From NCBI GenBank assembly GCA_024225395.1, contig JAAEMR010000159.1, positions 811 to 64,810 of the forward strand: a stretch of 64,000 nt of DNA, written 5' to 3'. This document shows, piece after piece, positions 19,218-29,958 of this stretch. How positions within the stretch are numbered: the first letter of the stretch is position 1; each line of letters opens with the position of its first letter. The notes below the pieces were generated by a model. It was not told the origin of the DNA. It was given only the letters and a program-made list of their open reading frames with translations, and did no database searches. The DNA is from Gammaproteobacteria bacterium. GTDB taxonomy: Bacteria; Pseudomonadota; Gammaproteobacteria; GCA-001735895. The translations under genes and the position numbers were made by a program.

Positions 19218-20666
19218 TTAAAATCGTGCTGCATTCACCAGAAAGTGAACATAGATACTGGCTACATAACCCAGAGCAATAACCGGCATCCATTTTAGGT
19301 GACCAAAGAAAGTGTAATAACCTCTGGCCTGTCCCATCAACGCAACACCCGCTGCAGATCCAATAGATAACATGCTACCACCGACCCCGGCAGTTAAAGT
19401 TGCCAGCAACCACTGGCCCTGGGACATGTCAGGGTTCATGGTCAAAACGGCAAACATTACCGGAATATTATCCACAATCGCCGATAACACGCCGACCAGA
19501 ATATTAGCCGTTGTTGCACCCAGACCGTTGTACATAAATTCTGAAGCCATCGCCAGATAGCCAATCAGGCCCAGTCCTCCGACACACAATATAACCCCAT
19601 AAAAGAAAAATAATGTATCCCATTCGGCTCTTTTTACTTTATTAAAAATGTCGTAGTTATCATCAAAAGACGTATCATTAAAACTCTCAATATTCTTCAG
19701 TAAGGTTCCATTTTCCAGTCGGGAATCAGACTTTTCATTATGCCTTTTTTTCAGGTAATAAGCATAAAACATCAAATAACTTAACCCGGTCATCATGCCG
19801 GCAACCGGAGGCAGGTGCACAAAGTTATGAAAACTAACTGCGGTGATAATAGTAAGAATAAATAACCCGACAACCACCATTGCTCCTTTTTTCACTTCTA
19901 CTCTTTCATCCTTAGCATCAGGTTTATCTGTGGAGACAGCAAATGACATGATGGCAGCAGGTATCACATAATTAACTACCGAAGGAATAAACAGGGAAAA
20001 GAAAGTCCAGAAATCGACAATACCTTTCTGCCAGACCATCAATGTCGTGATGTCTCCGAATGGACTGAAAGCACCACCGGCATTGGCGGCGACCACGATA
20101 TTGATACAGGCCAGCAGGATAAACTTTTTATTATCACCACCCACCGATAAAACTACGGCACACATTAACAATGCAGTGGTCAGATTATCGGCTATAGGTG
20201 ACAGGAAGAAAGCAATGATGCCGGTTATCCAGAATAGCTGGCGCAGGGAGAAACCTTTCCTTACCAGCCAGGATTTTAATGCATCAAATACCAGTCGCTC
20301 TTCCATTGCGTTGATGTAAGTCATCGCGACCAGCAGGAACAGAAACAACTCTCCATATTCCAGGATATTATGCCTGATAGCGGCTTCAGCCGTATGCGTA
20401 TCACCATGCTGGGTATACACATAAGCCACTAACAACCAGATTAGTCCAGCGGCCAGAATAACGGGTTTTGATTTACGCAAATGCATAAATTCTTCGGCCA
20501 TCACCAGCATGTAGGCCAGTACAAAAATAACTATCGCGGTATAACCAACCCAGTGCTGGGTCAAATCCAGAGATTGTCCAGCAGTGGAAGCAAAACCGCT
20601 CATCGGGAATAGCAACCCGATAGCGAAAACAAACAATATATTTAATGGGTTATTTTTGAAATTCAT
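19218..20666 (-). CDS. nhaD: Na+/H+ antiporter NhaD
   Basis: HLRKSKPV, SPIADNLTTAL, NAGGAFSPFGDITTLMVWQ, SAIVDNIP, SIGSAAGVALMG. Confidence 0.92.
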   Translation of the reverse strand: MNFKNNPLNILFVFAIGLLFPMSGFASTAGQSLDLTQHWVGYTAIVIFVLAYMLVMAEEFMHLRKSKPVILAAGLIWLLVAYVYTQHGDTHTAEAAIRHNILEYGELFLFLLVAMTYINAMEERLVFDALKSWLVRKGFSLRQLFWITGIIAFFLSPIADNLTTALLMCAVVLSVGGDNKKFILLACINIVVAANAGGAFSPFGDITTLMVWQKGIVDFWTFFSLFIPSVVNYVIPAAIMSFAVSTDKPDAKDERVEVKKGAMVVVGLFILTIITAVSFHNFVHLPPVAGMMTGLSYLMFYAYYLKKRHNEKSDSRLENGTLLKNIESFNDTSFDDNYDIFNKVKRAEWDTLFFFYGVILCVGGLGLIGYLAMASEFMYNGLGATTANILVGVLSAIVDNIPVMFAVLTMNPDMSQGQWLLATLTAGVGGSMLSIGSAAGVALMGQARGYYTFFGHLKWMPVIALGYVASIYVHFLVNAARF

Positions 20667-20776
20667 TAGATCTCCTATTAGTGATCCAGAGTCACTTATT
20701 TTTTTTTAAAAGATAACGTATATGTGTATCAGAAAATTAATTTTTTTCTTAACTATTTAACCACTCAGGTCACTTA

Positions 20777-21730
20777 TCAGTCTAATACTTGACTAGCCTG
20801 TAAATCAGCATGATACGACGATCGCACCATCGGACCACTGGCCACCTGATCAAAACCCAGCTCATAAGCCAGCTTTTCCAAGTGTTTAAATTCGTCAGGC
20901 GTTACAAATCGATCCACAGCCAGGTGATCTCGACTCGGTTGCAGGTATTGCCCCAGTGTAAGCATATTAACTTTATGATCTCTTAAGTCACGCAACACCT
21001 GTTCAATTTCATCCATTTCTTCACCCAGACCCACCATGATTCCTGACTTGGTCGGTACATCCGGGTGTAGCTGTTTAAACTTTTTCAGCAGATCCAGTGA
21101 CCACAAATAATCGGCACCCGGACGAATTTTTTTATACAGCCTCGGAACAGATTCAAGATTATGATTAAAAACATCCGCTGGAGATTGCTTCATGATATCC
21201 AGCGCTATGTCCATGCGACCACGAAAATCAGGAGTCAGTATTTCTATTTTTGTACCGGGATTGAGGCGACGAGTTTCATCGATACAGTCTACAAAATGCT
21301 GTGCACCGCCATCACGTAAATCATCGCGATCAACAGAGGTAATCACCACATAGCGCAGTTTCATGTTCTGAATTGTTTTTGCAACATTGTAAGGCTCATC
21401 TTCATCCAGCGGATTGGGGCGTCCATGCCCGACATCACAAAAAGGACAACGACGAGTACAGATGTCACCCATAATCATGAAAGTTGCCGTACCCTTTGAA
21501 AAGCATTCCCCCAGATTGGGACAGGCCGCTTCTTCACACACGGTCACAATACTGTTTTCGCGTAAGGTATTTTTCAGCTGCTTAACCAGATCACTGGTCG
21601 GTGCTTTAGCTCTAATCCATGAAGGCTTTCTCTGAACAGTAGCACTGGGAACAACTTTGATTGGAATGCGCGCAACCTTATCGGCACCCTTAAGTTTGAT
21701 GCCTTGCTCAACTTTATTTTTATTACTCAT
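20777..21730 (-). CDS. lipA: Lipoyl synthase
   Basis: [26 protein letters not shown]. Confidence 0.97.
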   Translation of the reverse strand: MSNKNKVEQGIKLKGADKVARIPIKVVPSATVQRKPSWIRAKAPTSDLVKQLKNTLRENSIVTVCEEAACPNLGECFSKGTATFMIMGDICTRRCPFCDVGHGRPNPLDEDEPYNVAKTIQNMKLRYVVITSVDRDDLRDGGAQHFVDCIDETRRLNPGTKIEILTPDFRGRMDIALDIMKQSPADVFNHNLESVPRLYKKIRPGADYLWSLDLLKKFKQLHPDVPTKSGIMVGLGEEMDEIEQVLRDLRDHKVNMLTLGQYLQPSRDHLAVDRFVTPDEFKHLEKLAYELGFDQVASGPMVRSSYHADLQASQVLD

Positions 21731-22343
21731 AACCAATTGTGTTAATTAATAGTGAACAGAGCTGTTGTGACACCTGCTCAGTAGAAAATTCTGCGACATG
21801 ATCAGATAATCTGGTCACTTCGAGGCCTTTAAAGCCACAGGGATTTATGCCCGAAAATGGTGATAAATCCAAATCCAGGTTCAAACTCAACCCGTGATAG
21901 CTACAGCCTTTACGAATACGTAACCCCAGCGCGGCAATTTTAGCATGCCCGACATAAACACCGGGAGCTTCTTTTTTAGCATAGGCATCAACATTATAAA
22001 TTTTCAGCAGATTAACAAGAGCCTGCTCAATATGGGTGACCAGCTGTCGAATACCAATACCCAGCCTGTTTAAATCCAGCAAACAATAAATAACCAGCTG
22101 TCCGGGGCCATGATAAGTAACCTGACCACCACGATCGACCTGTATTACCGGAATACTGGATGTTGATAACAAATGTTCTTCTCGGCCATTCAGACCCTGG
22201 GTATAAACTGGAAAGTGCTCAGTCACCCACAGCTCGTCATCAGTATTTCCATCACGCACGGAGGTAAACTGTTTCATCGACTGCCACACGGGCTCGTAGT
22301 CAGTTTGACCGAGTTCTTTGATGACGGGTAACTTAACCGGCAT
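21723..22343 (-). CDS. lipB: Lipoyl(octanoyl) transferase
   Basis: [35 protein letters not shown]. Confidence 0.96.
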   Translation of the reverse strand: MPVKLPVIKELGQTDYEPVWQSMKQFTSVRDGNTDDELWVTEHFPVYTQGLNGREEHLLSTSSIPVIQVDRGGQVTYHGPGQLVIYCLLDLNRLGIGIRQLVTHIEQALVNLLKIYNVDAYAKKEAPGVYVGHAKIAALGLRIRKGCSYHGLSLNLDLDLSPFSGINPCGFKGLEVTRLSDHVAEFSTEQVSQQLCSLLINTIGYE

Positions 22344-22351
22344 ACAATTTT

Positions 22352-22639
22352 TTACAGGGACATGACCACATGTTCAGAGTCAGTCAGTGACTGGTAGATA
22401 GCATCCATCTGAGCACGGCTTTGGGCAGTAAAAGTAACAGTCAAAGATTGATACTTTCCTTTTTTGCTTTCATTTTTTTTCACCTGGAACCGGGTAGACG
22501 GTGGGCAATGAACACTGACCAGCTCAATCACAATTTGCTCAAATTCAGGTTTACTCAGACCAAATACCTTGAGTGGAAATTCACAGGGGAATTCCATGAC
22601 CTCATTAATGGCTTGCTCGCCCTGGTTTAGATCAGACAT
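22352..22639 (-). CDS. ybeD: DUF493 / YbeD family protein
   Basis: EFPCEFPLKVFG, SKKGKYQSLT; canonical position between dat and lipB. Confidence 0.9.
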   Translation of the reverse strand: MSDLNQGEQAINEVMEFPCEFPLKVFGLSKPEFEQIVIELVSVHCPPSTRFQVKKNESKKGKYQSLTVTFTAQSRAQMDAIYQSLTDSEHVVMSL

Positions 22640-22641
22640 CT

Positions 22642-23502
22642 TTAAGCACGCATTACAGACTGTTTAAACTGCTGGTATAACTCAATTAACTGCAGCCATT
22701 TAGGACCGGGGACACCGTTACCTACCTTGTGTTGATTGAGTGTAGTAACAGGCACGATTTCTTTCGTTGAAGAGGTAATCCAGATTTCATCCGCATCGTG
22801 TAACTCATCTTCAGTAATCACTATTTCTCTCGCAACAATTTTGTGCTCATTACAGATTTGCAGTATCACTTCCCGGGTAATACCTCCCAGCATATGCCGG
22901 CTGACGGGTGGCGTGCGGATGATATCGTCCTTAACAATAAACAGATTACTGGCTGAACCTTCTACCGCAAATCCATCACGGATTAATATAGATTCAACAG
23001 CATTCTGGTCAGCCGCAGTCTGCTTTAGCAAAACGTTCGGCAATAGATTTATCGACTTGATAAAACAATCAGCCCAGCGGTTATCATCCTGGGTAATTGC
23101 TTTGATACCGGGTGTATTTATATTCTGGTCAGCGAATGTAAGTGGCTGGCACATCATCAATATTGTGGATTGCATATCTCTGGAAAAAACATGATCCCTT
23201 TTTTGCATGACGCCACGGGTCAGTTGCAGGTAAATCATCGCATCCTGATCAGGTGTATTTTTTTCAATTAAATGATCCATTATCTGTTGCCATTCTGCAG
23301 TTTCTAATGGATTTTTTATTTCGATAGCGTCCAGGCTACGCTGCAGCCGGTTCAAATGTCCCTGCACTGCAAAAGTTTTTCCCGAGTAAACTGGAATCAC
23401 TTCATAAACACCGTCTCCGAACATGAAACCTCGGTCAAGCACTGACACACTGGCTTTATCGGCAGCAACATACTCTCCATTTAGATAAACAACATTAGAC
23501 AT
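22642..23502 (-). CDS. dat: D-amino-acid aminotransferase (class IV PLP)
   Basis: DRGFMFGDGVYEV, IKSINLL, EGSASN, LGGITR. Confidence 0.85.
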   Translation of the reverse strand: MSNVVYLNGEYVAADKASVSVLDRGFMFGDGVYEVIPVYSGKTFAVQGHLNRLQRSLDAIEIKNPLETAEWQQIMDHLIEKNTPDQDAMIYLQLTRGVMQKRDHVFSRDMQSTILMMCQPLTFADQNINTPGIKAITQDDNRWADCFIKSINLLPNVLLKQTAADQNAVESILIRDGFAVEGSASNLFIVKDDIIRTPPVSRHMLGGITREVILQICNEHKIVAREIVITEDELHDADEIWITSSTKEIVPVTTLNQHKVGNGVPGPKWLQLIELYQQFKQSVMRA

Positions 23503-23525
23503 GACTTTCTCCTTTACCTGTGACC

Positions 23526-24662
23526 TTATTCAAACAACATCTTAATGCTATCCATGGCTTTTTTAACGAGTCCACCGTCATTGATAGCCTGCATCGCAAC
23601 CAACGGTTGTGAAACAATAACAACATCATCCAGTTTGACGACTAAACGACCTAATTCCTGACCAAATGCTACAGGTGCTGTTATTTCAGGGTCAATCTCT
23701 ACAGATGCATCCAGCTCTTTGTAGCGTCCTCTGGCAATCGTGACAAAAACATCCCGCTGCACACCAAGTGATACCTGATCCTGTTCACCAAACCAGACCT
23801 TAGCAGTTTTAAGTGTTTCTTTAGCCTTATACAGACGATTGGATTCATAGAAACGGAATCCATAATTTAACAAGGTCTGGCTATTTCGTGTTCGAGCCTT
23901 ATCTGATTTGGTGCCCAATACCACGGAAATCAGGCGCATATTATCTTTTTCTGCAGAGCTGGCCAGGCAGTAGCCCGCTGCTTCTGTATGACCCGTTTTT
24001 AAGCCATCGACAGAACTGTCGCGCCACAACAGGCGGTTTCGATTAAACTGTCTTATTTCGTTAAAGGTATATTCTTTTACGCTGTATAAACGATAGGATT
24101 CAGGGTAATCACGAATGATCGCCTGGCTCAATATCGCAATATCCCGAGCCGTACTATAGTGTTCCTTGTGCGGCCAGCCGGTTGAATTTTTAAACTGACT
24201 ATTGTCCATACCTAACAGCTTTGCCTGGTGGTTCATATATTCTGCAAATGCTTTTTCAGTGCCCGCCACATGCTCGGCCAGTGCCACTGTTGCATCATTT
24301 CCCGATTGAATAATCATACCCTCGATCAATTTTTCAACAGACACCTGTTTACCCACTTCAACAAACATCTTGGAGCCTTTCATGCGCCAGGCTTTTTCAC
24401 TGATAGTAACTTCATCGGTAAGACTGATATCACCGGCTTCCAGTGCTTTATCGACCAGGTAAGCCGTCATCAATTTAGTAATACTGGCAGGTTCAACTTT
24501 TTTATCCGGATCTTTCTCTGCCAGAATTTTACCACTTTTAAAATCCATCAAAATAAAACTGCTCGCAGCAATTTCCGGTACTTTGGGAATAGGTTTAGCA
24601 GCTGCAAATAACTGCTGGTTAAGCAGTAACAGGAATAGAACAGAGAAAAAGCGTAGTAACAT
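23526..24662 (-). CDS. dacA: D-alanyl-D-alanine carboxypeptidase (PBP5/6)
   Basis: PASITK (SxxK), QSGN, GLKTG motifs. Confidence 0.92.
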   Translation of the reverse strand: MLLRFFSVLFLLLLNQQLFAAAKPIPKVPEIAASSFILMDFKSGKILAEKDPDKKVEPASITKLMTAYLVDKALEAGDISLTDEVTISEKAWRMKGSKMFVEVGKQVSVEKLIEGMIIQSGNDATVALAEHVAGTEKAFAEYMNHQAKLLGMDNSQFKNSTGWPHKEHYSTARDIAILSQAIIRDYPESYRLYSVKEYTFNEIRQFNRNRLLWRDSSVDGLKTGHTEAAGYCLASSAEKDNMRLISVVLGTKSDKARTRNSQTLLNYGFRFYESNRLYKAKETLKTAKVWFGEQDQVSLGVQRDVFVTIARGRYKELDASVEIDPEITAPVAFGQELGRLVVKLDDVVIVSQPLVAMQAINDGGLVKKAMDSIKMLFE

Positions 24663-24776
24663 AGAAATAACTAAATTAAGGAATGAGATAAAACTGAGTG
24701 GGATTGTACATTAGCTGGGTAGTAAAAGAATACCTTAAAGCACTATGGATAAGGGATAAACTTAAGGAATCGTGGA

Positions 24777-25586
24777 TTAAGATTCATCCTCTATCACAAT
24801 CCGTGCATTTCTATATCCCTTTCTTTTGAGCCTGTTCTGTATGGAACTAGCCTCACTCAAATCAAGCAATGGACCAACCAAGACTCTATAAAAATCTCCC
24901 TGCGCTGTTTTCACCGGTTTAATCACAACTGCCGTTTCTTTTTTTACTTTCAGTTCTCTGGATAATTTATGCGCGTTATTTTCACTGCTGAATGAGCCCA
25001 GCTGAATAAACATATTTGCCTGTTCCTGGGCAGGAGTTTTGAGGGGAATAGCCCTTACTGACGAGCGTGAAACTTTTTTAGATGAATCTAGTGCGACAAT
25101 TTCAACTTTGGCAGTTCCCGGGCCGACCACGCCCAGCTTTTTGGCAGCCGCATACGATAGATCAATGATGCGATCATGAGCAAAGGGTCCACGATCATTC
25201 ACCAGCACTATGGCTGTTTTTCCATTAGTCACGTTTTTAACTTTGACGTATACCGGAATCGGTAAAGTTTTATGCGCCGCTGTCATGGCATGCATATTGT
25301 AGGTTTCACCGCTTGAAGTTCGCTTACCATGAAAATTTGGGCCATACCAGGAAGCGACCCCTTTCTGCGTAAACCCTTTAGCTGAATCCATGACGTAGTA
25401 ACGCTTACCCATCACGATATAAGAAGAAGGATTCCCGTATTTTGATTTCTTTAGAGCCGCCCCGGTTTTATCAGCTTTCTGCCCTCCCATTGGAATGCCA
25501 AAAGTACAGGCCGATAAAAACAAAACGATAAAACAACCGGGAACCAGGCGCATCAAAATACTGTTTTTGTAGCTCAGCCAATTCAT
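24777..25586 (-). CDS. rlpA: Septal ring lytic transglycosylase RlpA (DPBB + SPOR) lipoprotein
   Basis: LSAC lipobox, ASWYG, TAAHKTLP, VNDRGPF, RIIDLS, QLGSF SPOR domain. Confidence 0.93.
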   Translation of the reverse strand: MNWLSYKNSILMRLVPGCFIVLFLSACTFGIPMGGQKADKTGAALKKSKYGNPSSYIVMGKRYYVMDSAKGFTQKGVASWYGPNFHGKRTSSGETYNMHAMTAAHKTLPIPVYVKVKNVTNGKTAIVLVNDRGPFAHDRIIDLSYAAAKKLGVVGPGTAKVEIVALDSSKKVSRSSVRAIPLKTPAQEQANMFIQLGSFSSENNAHKLSRELKVKKETAVVIKPVKTAQGDFYRVLVGPLLDLSEASSIQNRLKRKGYRNARIVIEDES

Positions 25587-25626
25587 TAAAAACTTCTTGC
25601 CATTCGTGACTTAGTGGTGAAATTTA

Positions 25627-26625
25627 TTACAGCTTCATCCCGGACTTAATTTTCTGGCTGAGCTGGTACACCGCCATGGCGTACATTTCACTGTGATTAT
25701 ACCGGGTAATAACGTAAAAGTTTTTCAATCCCGCCCAGTAGTCTGCCGATTTTTTCTGCTGTAATTTAATCAGCGCAACGGGCGTTTCATCAGACAGAGA
25801 AGATTGAGTGTTAAGACCTGAGGCTTTGAATGTTCCCCAGGTTTGAGAAGGCTTCACACCCACTGTCAAAGCGGAAACTTTATTCTGTTTTGACAGTGTT
25901 AAAGGGTGTGTCACTGCTTCACCCGGTTTCCAGCCGTGAGCCGTGAAGTAATTCGCCACACTGCCCAGGATATCGGGCAAACTATCAAATAAATCGGCCT
26001 TTCCATCACCGTCAAAATCAACCGAATAATGCCGGTAGCTTGATGAGATAAATTGAGGCATACCCATTGCACCCGCATAAGAGCCTTTTACTTCACGCAC
26101 TTTAAAGTTTTGCCTGGCTGACAGTATTAAAAATTCCTCAAGTTCTCTGGTGAAAAACTTTGCCCGTTTAGGATAATCGAAAGCAAATGTCACCAGCGTA
26201 TCAAAAACGGGAGACTTACCTTTATAAATGCCGTAAAACGTTTCCACACCCACTATGGCCACGACTATTTCAGCAGGTACTTTATATTTTTGCTCAACCT
26301 GTTCCAGTAATTTTTGATTTTTCTTCCAGAACGCTATGCCTTTATTAATTCTTTTATCGGTGATAAATATTTTACGGTACTGGTGCCATTCCAGCTTCTT
26401 TTCAGCCGGTTTATTCATTCTTTCAAATAAATGTGTTTGTTGTTTAGCCTTTGAAAACAGGTCAACCAGCTGCTGCTCTGAGTAATCACTTTTTTTAGCC
26501 ACTGACTCTATAAACGCTTCCACATCTTCACGATATTTATAGTCTCCTTCATTCAGCTTTACCGCCTGCACTGGCAAAGATAACAAGCAAACAACTGGAA
26601 CAGAAAATTTAAACCATTTATTCAT
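25627..26625 (-). CDS. mltB: Lytic murein transglycosylase B
   Basis: IVGVETFYG, GSYAGAMGMPQF, DFDGDG, ITRYNHS. Confidence 0.93.
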   Translation of the reverse strand: MNKWFKFSVPVVCLLSLPVQAVKLNEGDYKYREDVEAFIESVAKKSDYSEQQLVDLFSKAKQQTHLFERMNKPAEKKLEWHQYRKIFITDKRINKGIAFWKKNQKLLEQVEQKYKVPAEIVVAIVGVETFYGIYKGKSPVFDTLVTFAFDYPKRAKFFTRELEEFLILSARQNFKVREVKGSYAGAMGMPQFISSSYRHYSVDFDGDGKADLFDSLPDILGSVANYFTAHGWKPGEAVTHPLTLSKQNKVSALTVGVKPSQTWGTFKASGLNTQSSLSDETPVALIKLQQKKSADYWAGLKNFYVITRYNHSEMYAMAVYQLSQKIKSGMKL

Positions 26626-26629
26626 TTTT

Positions 26630-27751
26630 TTACCTTAAAAATCTTTTAGATGAGCCTATTGCCATTATCATGCCAAAACCAACCATTAATGTAACCATGG
26701 ATGTACCTCCATAACTCACGAGAGGAAGGGGCACACCAACGACAGGCAATAACCCCGACACCATACCTGTATTGACAAATAAATAGACAAAGAATGTCAG
26801 GCTTAGTGCCCCGGCCAGTAATCGTCCATAAGTATCTTTAGAAACAGCAGCAATATACAGGCCACGATAAATAATTAACAGGTATAAAAATACCAGTAAT
26901 ACTGCACCAAAAAAGCCGAATTCTTCACCAAACACTGCAAATATAAAATCGGTCGATCGTTCTGGAAGAAAATCCAGTTGTGACTGGGTCCCATTCAACC
27001 AGCCTTTACCATAGATGCCACCCGATCCAATGGCTATTTTCGACTGAATAATATGATAACCCGAGCCCAACGGGTCATTTTCAGGGTTCAGCATGGTAAG
27101 TATTCGTCCACGCTGATAGTCATGTAAAGCAAACTTCCATAACAACGGTGCCATCAATGATACCAGCAAGCCTAATATCATAAATATTTTCCAGCGTACC
27201 CCAGCCAGAAACAACACGAAGAAACCCGCACTACCGACCAGTAAAGAGGTGCCCAAATCTGGCTGCCTGGCAATTAATAACACCGGAACAAGCACCAGCA
27301 CGGCAGATACCAGTAAATCTTTCCAGCCCACCGGTAAAACTTTATCTGACAAATAAGAAGCGACCATCATCGGCATCGCCAGCTTCATGAACTCTGATGG
27401 CTGAAAACGAATAAACCCTAAATCCAGCCAGCGCTGAGCACCTTTTCCAATTTCACCAAAAGCAATGACAGCAACCAGCAACAGCAAGCCCCCCAGGTAA
27501 AAACCTAAAGAGAGTTTTTTTAAAACTCTAAGGGAGATATTGGCCACAACCACCAGCAGAAAAGTCGCCAGACCCAGGCGAGTGAGCTGCCGAATCATTA
27601 AATCCATGTTGCTACCACCGGCACTAAACAATACCAGCAACCCGAAAGATGCCAGAATAAACAACAACAGCATCAAGGTGGGATCCAGCCTGAAAGCATC
27701 GAGTATCCGCCGCGACATGGAGAGCTGATCACCTTCCATCACAAGACTCAC
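26630..27751 (-). CDS. rodA: Rod shape-determining protein RodA
   Basis: GAQRW, QPSE, QPDLGT, GYHIIQSKIAIGSGG, PERSTDFIF, SYGGTS. Confidence 0.96.
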   Translation of the reverse strand: MSLVMEGDQLSMSRRILDAFRLDPTLMLLLFILASFGLLVLFSAGGSNMDLMIRQLTRLGLATFLLVVVANISLRVLKKLSLGFYLGGLLLLVAVIAFGEIGKGAQRWLDLGFIRFQPSEFMKLAMPMMVASYLSDKVLPVGWKDLLVSAVLVLVPVLLIARQPDLGTSLLVGSAGFFVLFLAGVRWKIFMILGLLVSLMAPLLWKFALHDYQRGRILTMLNPENDPLGSGYHIIQSKIAIGSGGIYGKGWLNGTQSQLDFLPERSTDFIFAVFGEEFGFFGAVLLVFLYLLIIYRGLYIAAVSKDTYGRLLAGALSLTFFVYLFVNTGMVSGLLPVVGVPLPLVSYGGTSMVTLMVGFGMIMAIGSSKRFLR

Positions 27752-29631
27752 AACTTTTTCTCCTGCTCAGTTTTTTCTGCAAGAAGATCGTTCGACAGTA
27801 AATAGGCATCCATGATTTTACGCGCAATAGGAGCTGCCACAGAGCTGCCATGCCCACCATTTTCGACAATAACCGCCACTGCTATCAAAGGATTCTCTAC
27901 CGGTGCAAACGCCATAAACAAAGCATGATCACGTAATTTTTTACTCACATTCTCTTCCTCATACTCTTCATCCTGAGCGATACCGAATACCTGAGCAGTT
28001 CCGGTTTTTCCGGCAATAGTATAACTTAAATTCTTTGCTATCCGATGTGCCGTACCGCGAATTCCATGCACTACATTTTTCATTCCTTTGACCACATGCT
28101 GCCAGTTAATTTCTTTTTTAACTTCATAAACGCCTGATATTTCGGGCTTTATATTTAAATCGTCAATACCACCCGGATACTCAATCTTTTTAACCAGATG
28201 AGGCTTGAAGCGTGTTCCTTTTAGAGCCAGGGCACCCGTTCCACTCGCCAGTTGCAATGGAGTCACCAGCAATGCACCCTGACCAATACCGGTAATCAGG
28301 GTTTCTCCCGGAAACCAGGGCATTCCCCTGGCGCGTCGCTTCCATTCCCGTGAAGGCATCAATCCCGGTTGTTCACCGGTACTGTCAATACCGGTGCGAC
28401 TACCAAAACCAAACTGTTTCATGAATTCAGACATTCGATCAATGCCCAGACTATAAGCCAGATCATAAAAATAGACGTCACAGGATTGGGTAATAGCCTT
28501 ATTCAAATCTGTTTTCCCATGCCCTGTTTTTTTCCAGTCACGATATTTCCGCTCTTCGTTTGGTAGCAGGTAATAACCACCACAGTAAGTTGTATGCTTA
28601 TGACCCACCACACTGTATTCAAGGCCTGCCAGCCCGAAAAAGGGTTTGGTTGTCGAACCAGGAGGGTATTGCCCCGTCAGTGCACGATTAAATAAAGGCC
28701 GTTTCCATGAATCGCGTAGCTCACTATAGTTTTTAAAGCTTATACCGTTAACAAACAGGTTAGGATCAAAACTGGGCATGCTCACCAGCGCCAGCACTTC
28801 TCCATTATTTGGATCCAGCGCTACCACAGAACCGCGATTATCTTTGAATAAGTCCTCAGCTAACTGCTGTAATTTTGAGTCAATCGTTAAATACAGGTTA
28901 TGACCGGATACCGGTGGACTCTCATCCAGCACCCTTAATGTTCTGCCAGACGCATTGACTTCTACCCGCTGAAAACCTACATCACCATGCAGGTCATCTT
29001 CATAAAATTTTTCCAGACCCAACTTTCCGATATAACTGGTTCCAGCATAGTCAGCTTCATCCAGTTGATTCAAATCTTTTACATCGATACGCCCTACATA
29101 CCCCAGCGCATGCACCGCATGTTTTCCCAGTGGATAATTCCTGGTTAATCGGGCATTTATCTCCACCCCTTCAAATTTATGCAAATTAACTGCAAGGCGG
29201 GCCAGTTCTTCATCAGTTAAATTAAGCAGCAACGGCACACTTTCATAAGGACGGCGACGACGAGAAGACTGACGGTATTTTTTTATCGCATAATCTGAAA
29301 TTTCAACATATTCTGATAAATGCTTAATAGTATCGTCAATATCAGAAACCTGTTCACGAATAATTTCCAGACGATACGCAGGTAAGTTATCCGCCAGCAC
29401 CACACCATTTCGATCATAGATTAGCCCGCGAGTGGGAGGCAATGCTTTGAGACTGACTCGATTAGAGTTAGACAGTGTAGAAAAATGTTCATGTTCGACA
29501 ACCTGCAAAACATACAGACGCCCGAGCACAATAAACATTAAAATCAGCACGATGACTGCCGAAAGAATCAAACGGCGTTGTATCAACCGCGTCTCGGAGA
29601 AATTATCTTTTAAATGTTCACGATAGGCCAT
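27748..29631 (-). CDS. mrdA: Penicillin-binding protein 2
   Basis: RGLIYDRNG, YPPGSTTK, QSCDVYFY, GKTGTAQ. Confidence 0.96.
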   Translation of the reverse strand: MAYREHLKDNFSETRLIQRRLILSAVIVLILMFIVLGRLYVLQVVEHEHFSTLSNSNRVSLKALPPTRGLIYDRNGVVLADNLPAYRLEIIREQVSDIDDTIKHLSEYVEISDYAIKKYRQSSRRRRPYESVPLLLNLTDEELARLAVNLHKFEGVEINARLTRNYPLGKHAVHALGYVGRIDVKDLNQLDEADYAGTSYIGKLGLEKFYEDDLHGDVGFQRVEVNASGRTLRVLDESPPVSGHNLYLTIDSKLQQLAEDLFKDNRGSVVALDPNNGEVLALVSMPSFDPNLFVNGISFKNYSELRDSWKRPLFNRALTGQYPPGSTTKPFFGLAGLEYSVVGHKHTTYCGGYYLLPNEERKYRDWKKTGHGKTDLNKAITQSCDVYFYDLAYSLGIDRMSEFMKQFGFGSRTGIDSTGEQPGLMPSREWKRRARGMPWFPGETLITGIGQGALLVTPLQLASGTGALALKGTRFKPHLVKKIEYPGGIDDLNIKPEISGVYEVKKEINWQHVVKGMKNVVHGIRGTAHRIAKNLSYTIAGKTGTAQVFGIAQDEEYEEENVSKKLRDHALFMAFAPVENPLIAVAVIVENGGHGSSVAAPIARKIMDAYLLSNDLLAEKTEQEKKL

Positions 29632-29770
29632 CAGCGCGTAATGCCCGGCAGGTATGTCATCAAGGGAAAATTTTAGAGTTTATTGCAGACGCTATTAGAA
29701 CATTGAAATGAAATTTTTCAAATCAAAAATATAAATCTGACCAGTCAAATTTCACTCTTAGTTTTGTTTG

Positions 29771-29894
29771 CACCACGAAGAGCACGAAGTACACGAAGAT
29801 TTTTTTGTAACCATTTACTCGCCTCTTACCCCGGATAGACAGTTAACACTTTACTTCATATATAAATGTTTTTTTCTCCGTGTGCTTCGTGGTA
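29771..29894. repeat. CACGAAG-unit inverted-repeat element, copy 2
   Basis: caccacgaagagcacgaagtacacgaag ... ctccgtgtgcttcgtggta. Confidence 0.85.
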
Positions 29895-29908
29895 AATTTT
29901 TTACAAGC

Positions 29909-29939
29909 AAAAAAAAACCTGCACAAGGCAGGTTTTTTT
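29909..29939. terminator. Intrinsic (potentially bidirectional) terminator downstream of hppA
   Basis: A-run, cctgc-acaag-gcagg, T-run. Confidence 0.8.
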
Positions 29940-29958
29940 ATTTCTATGTAACGAAGTA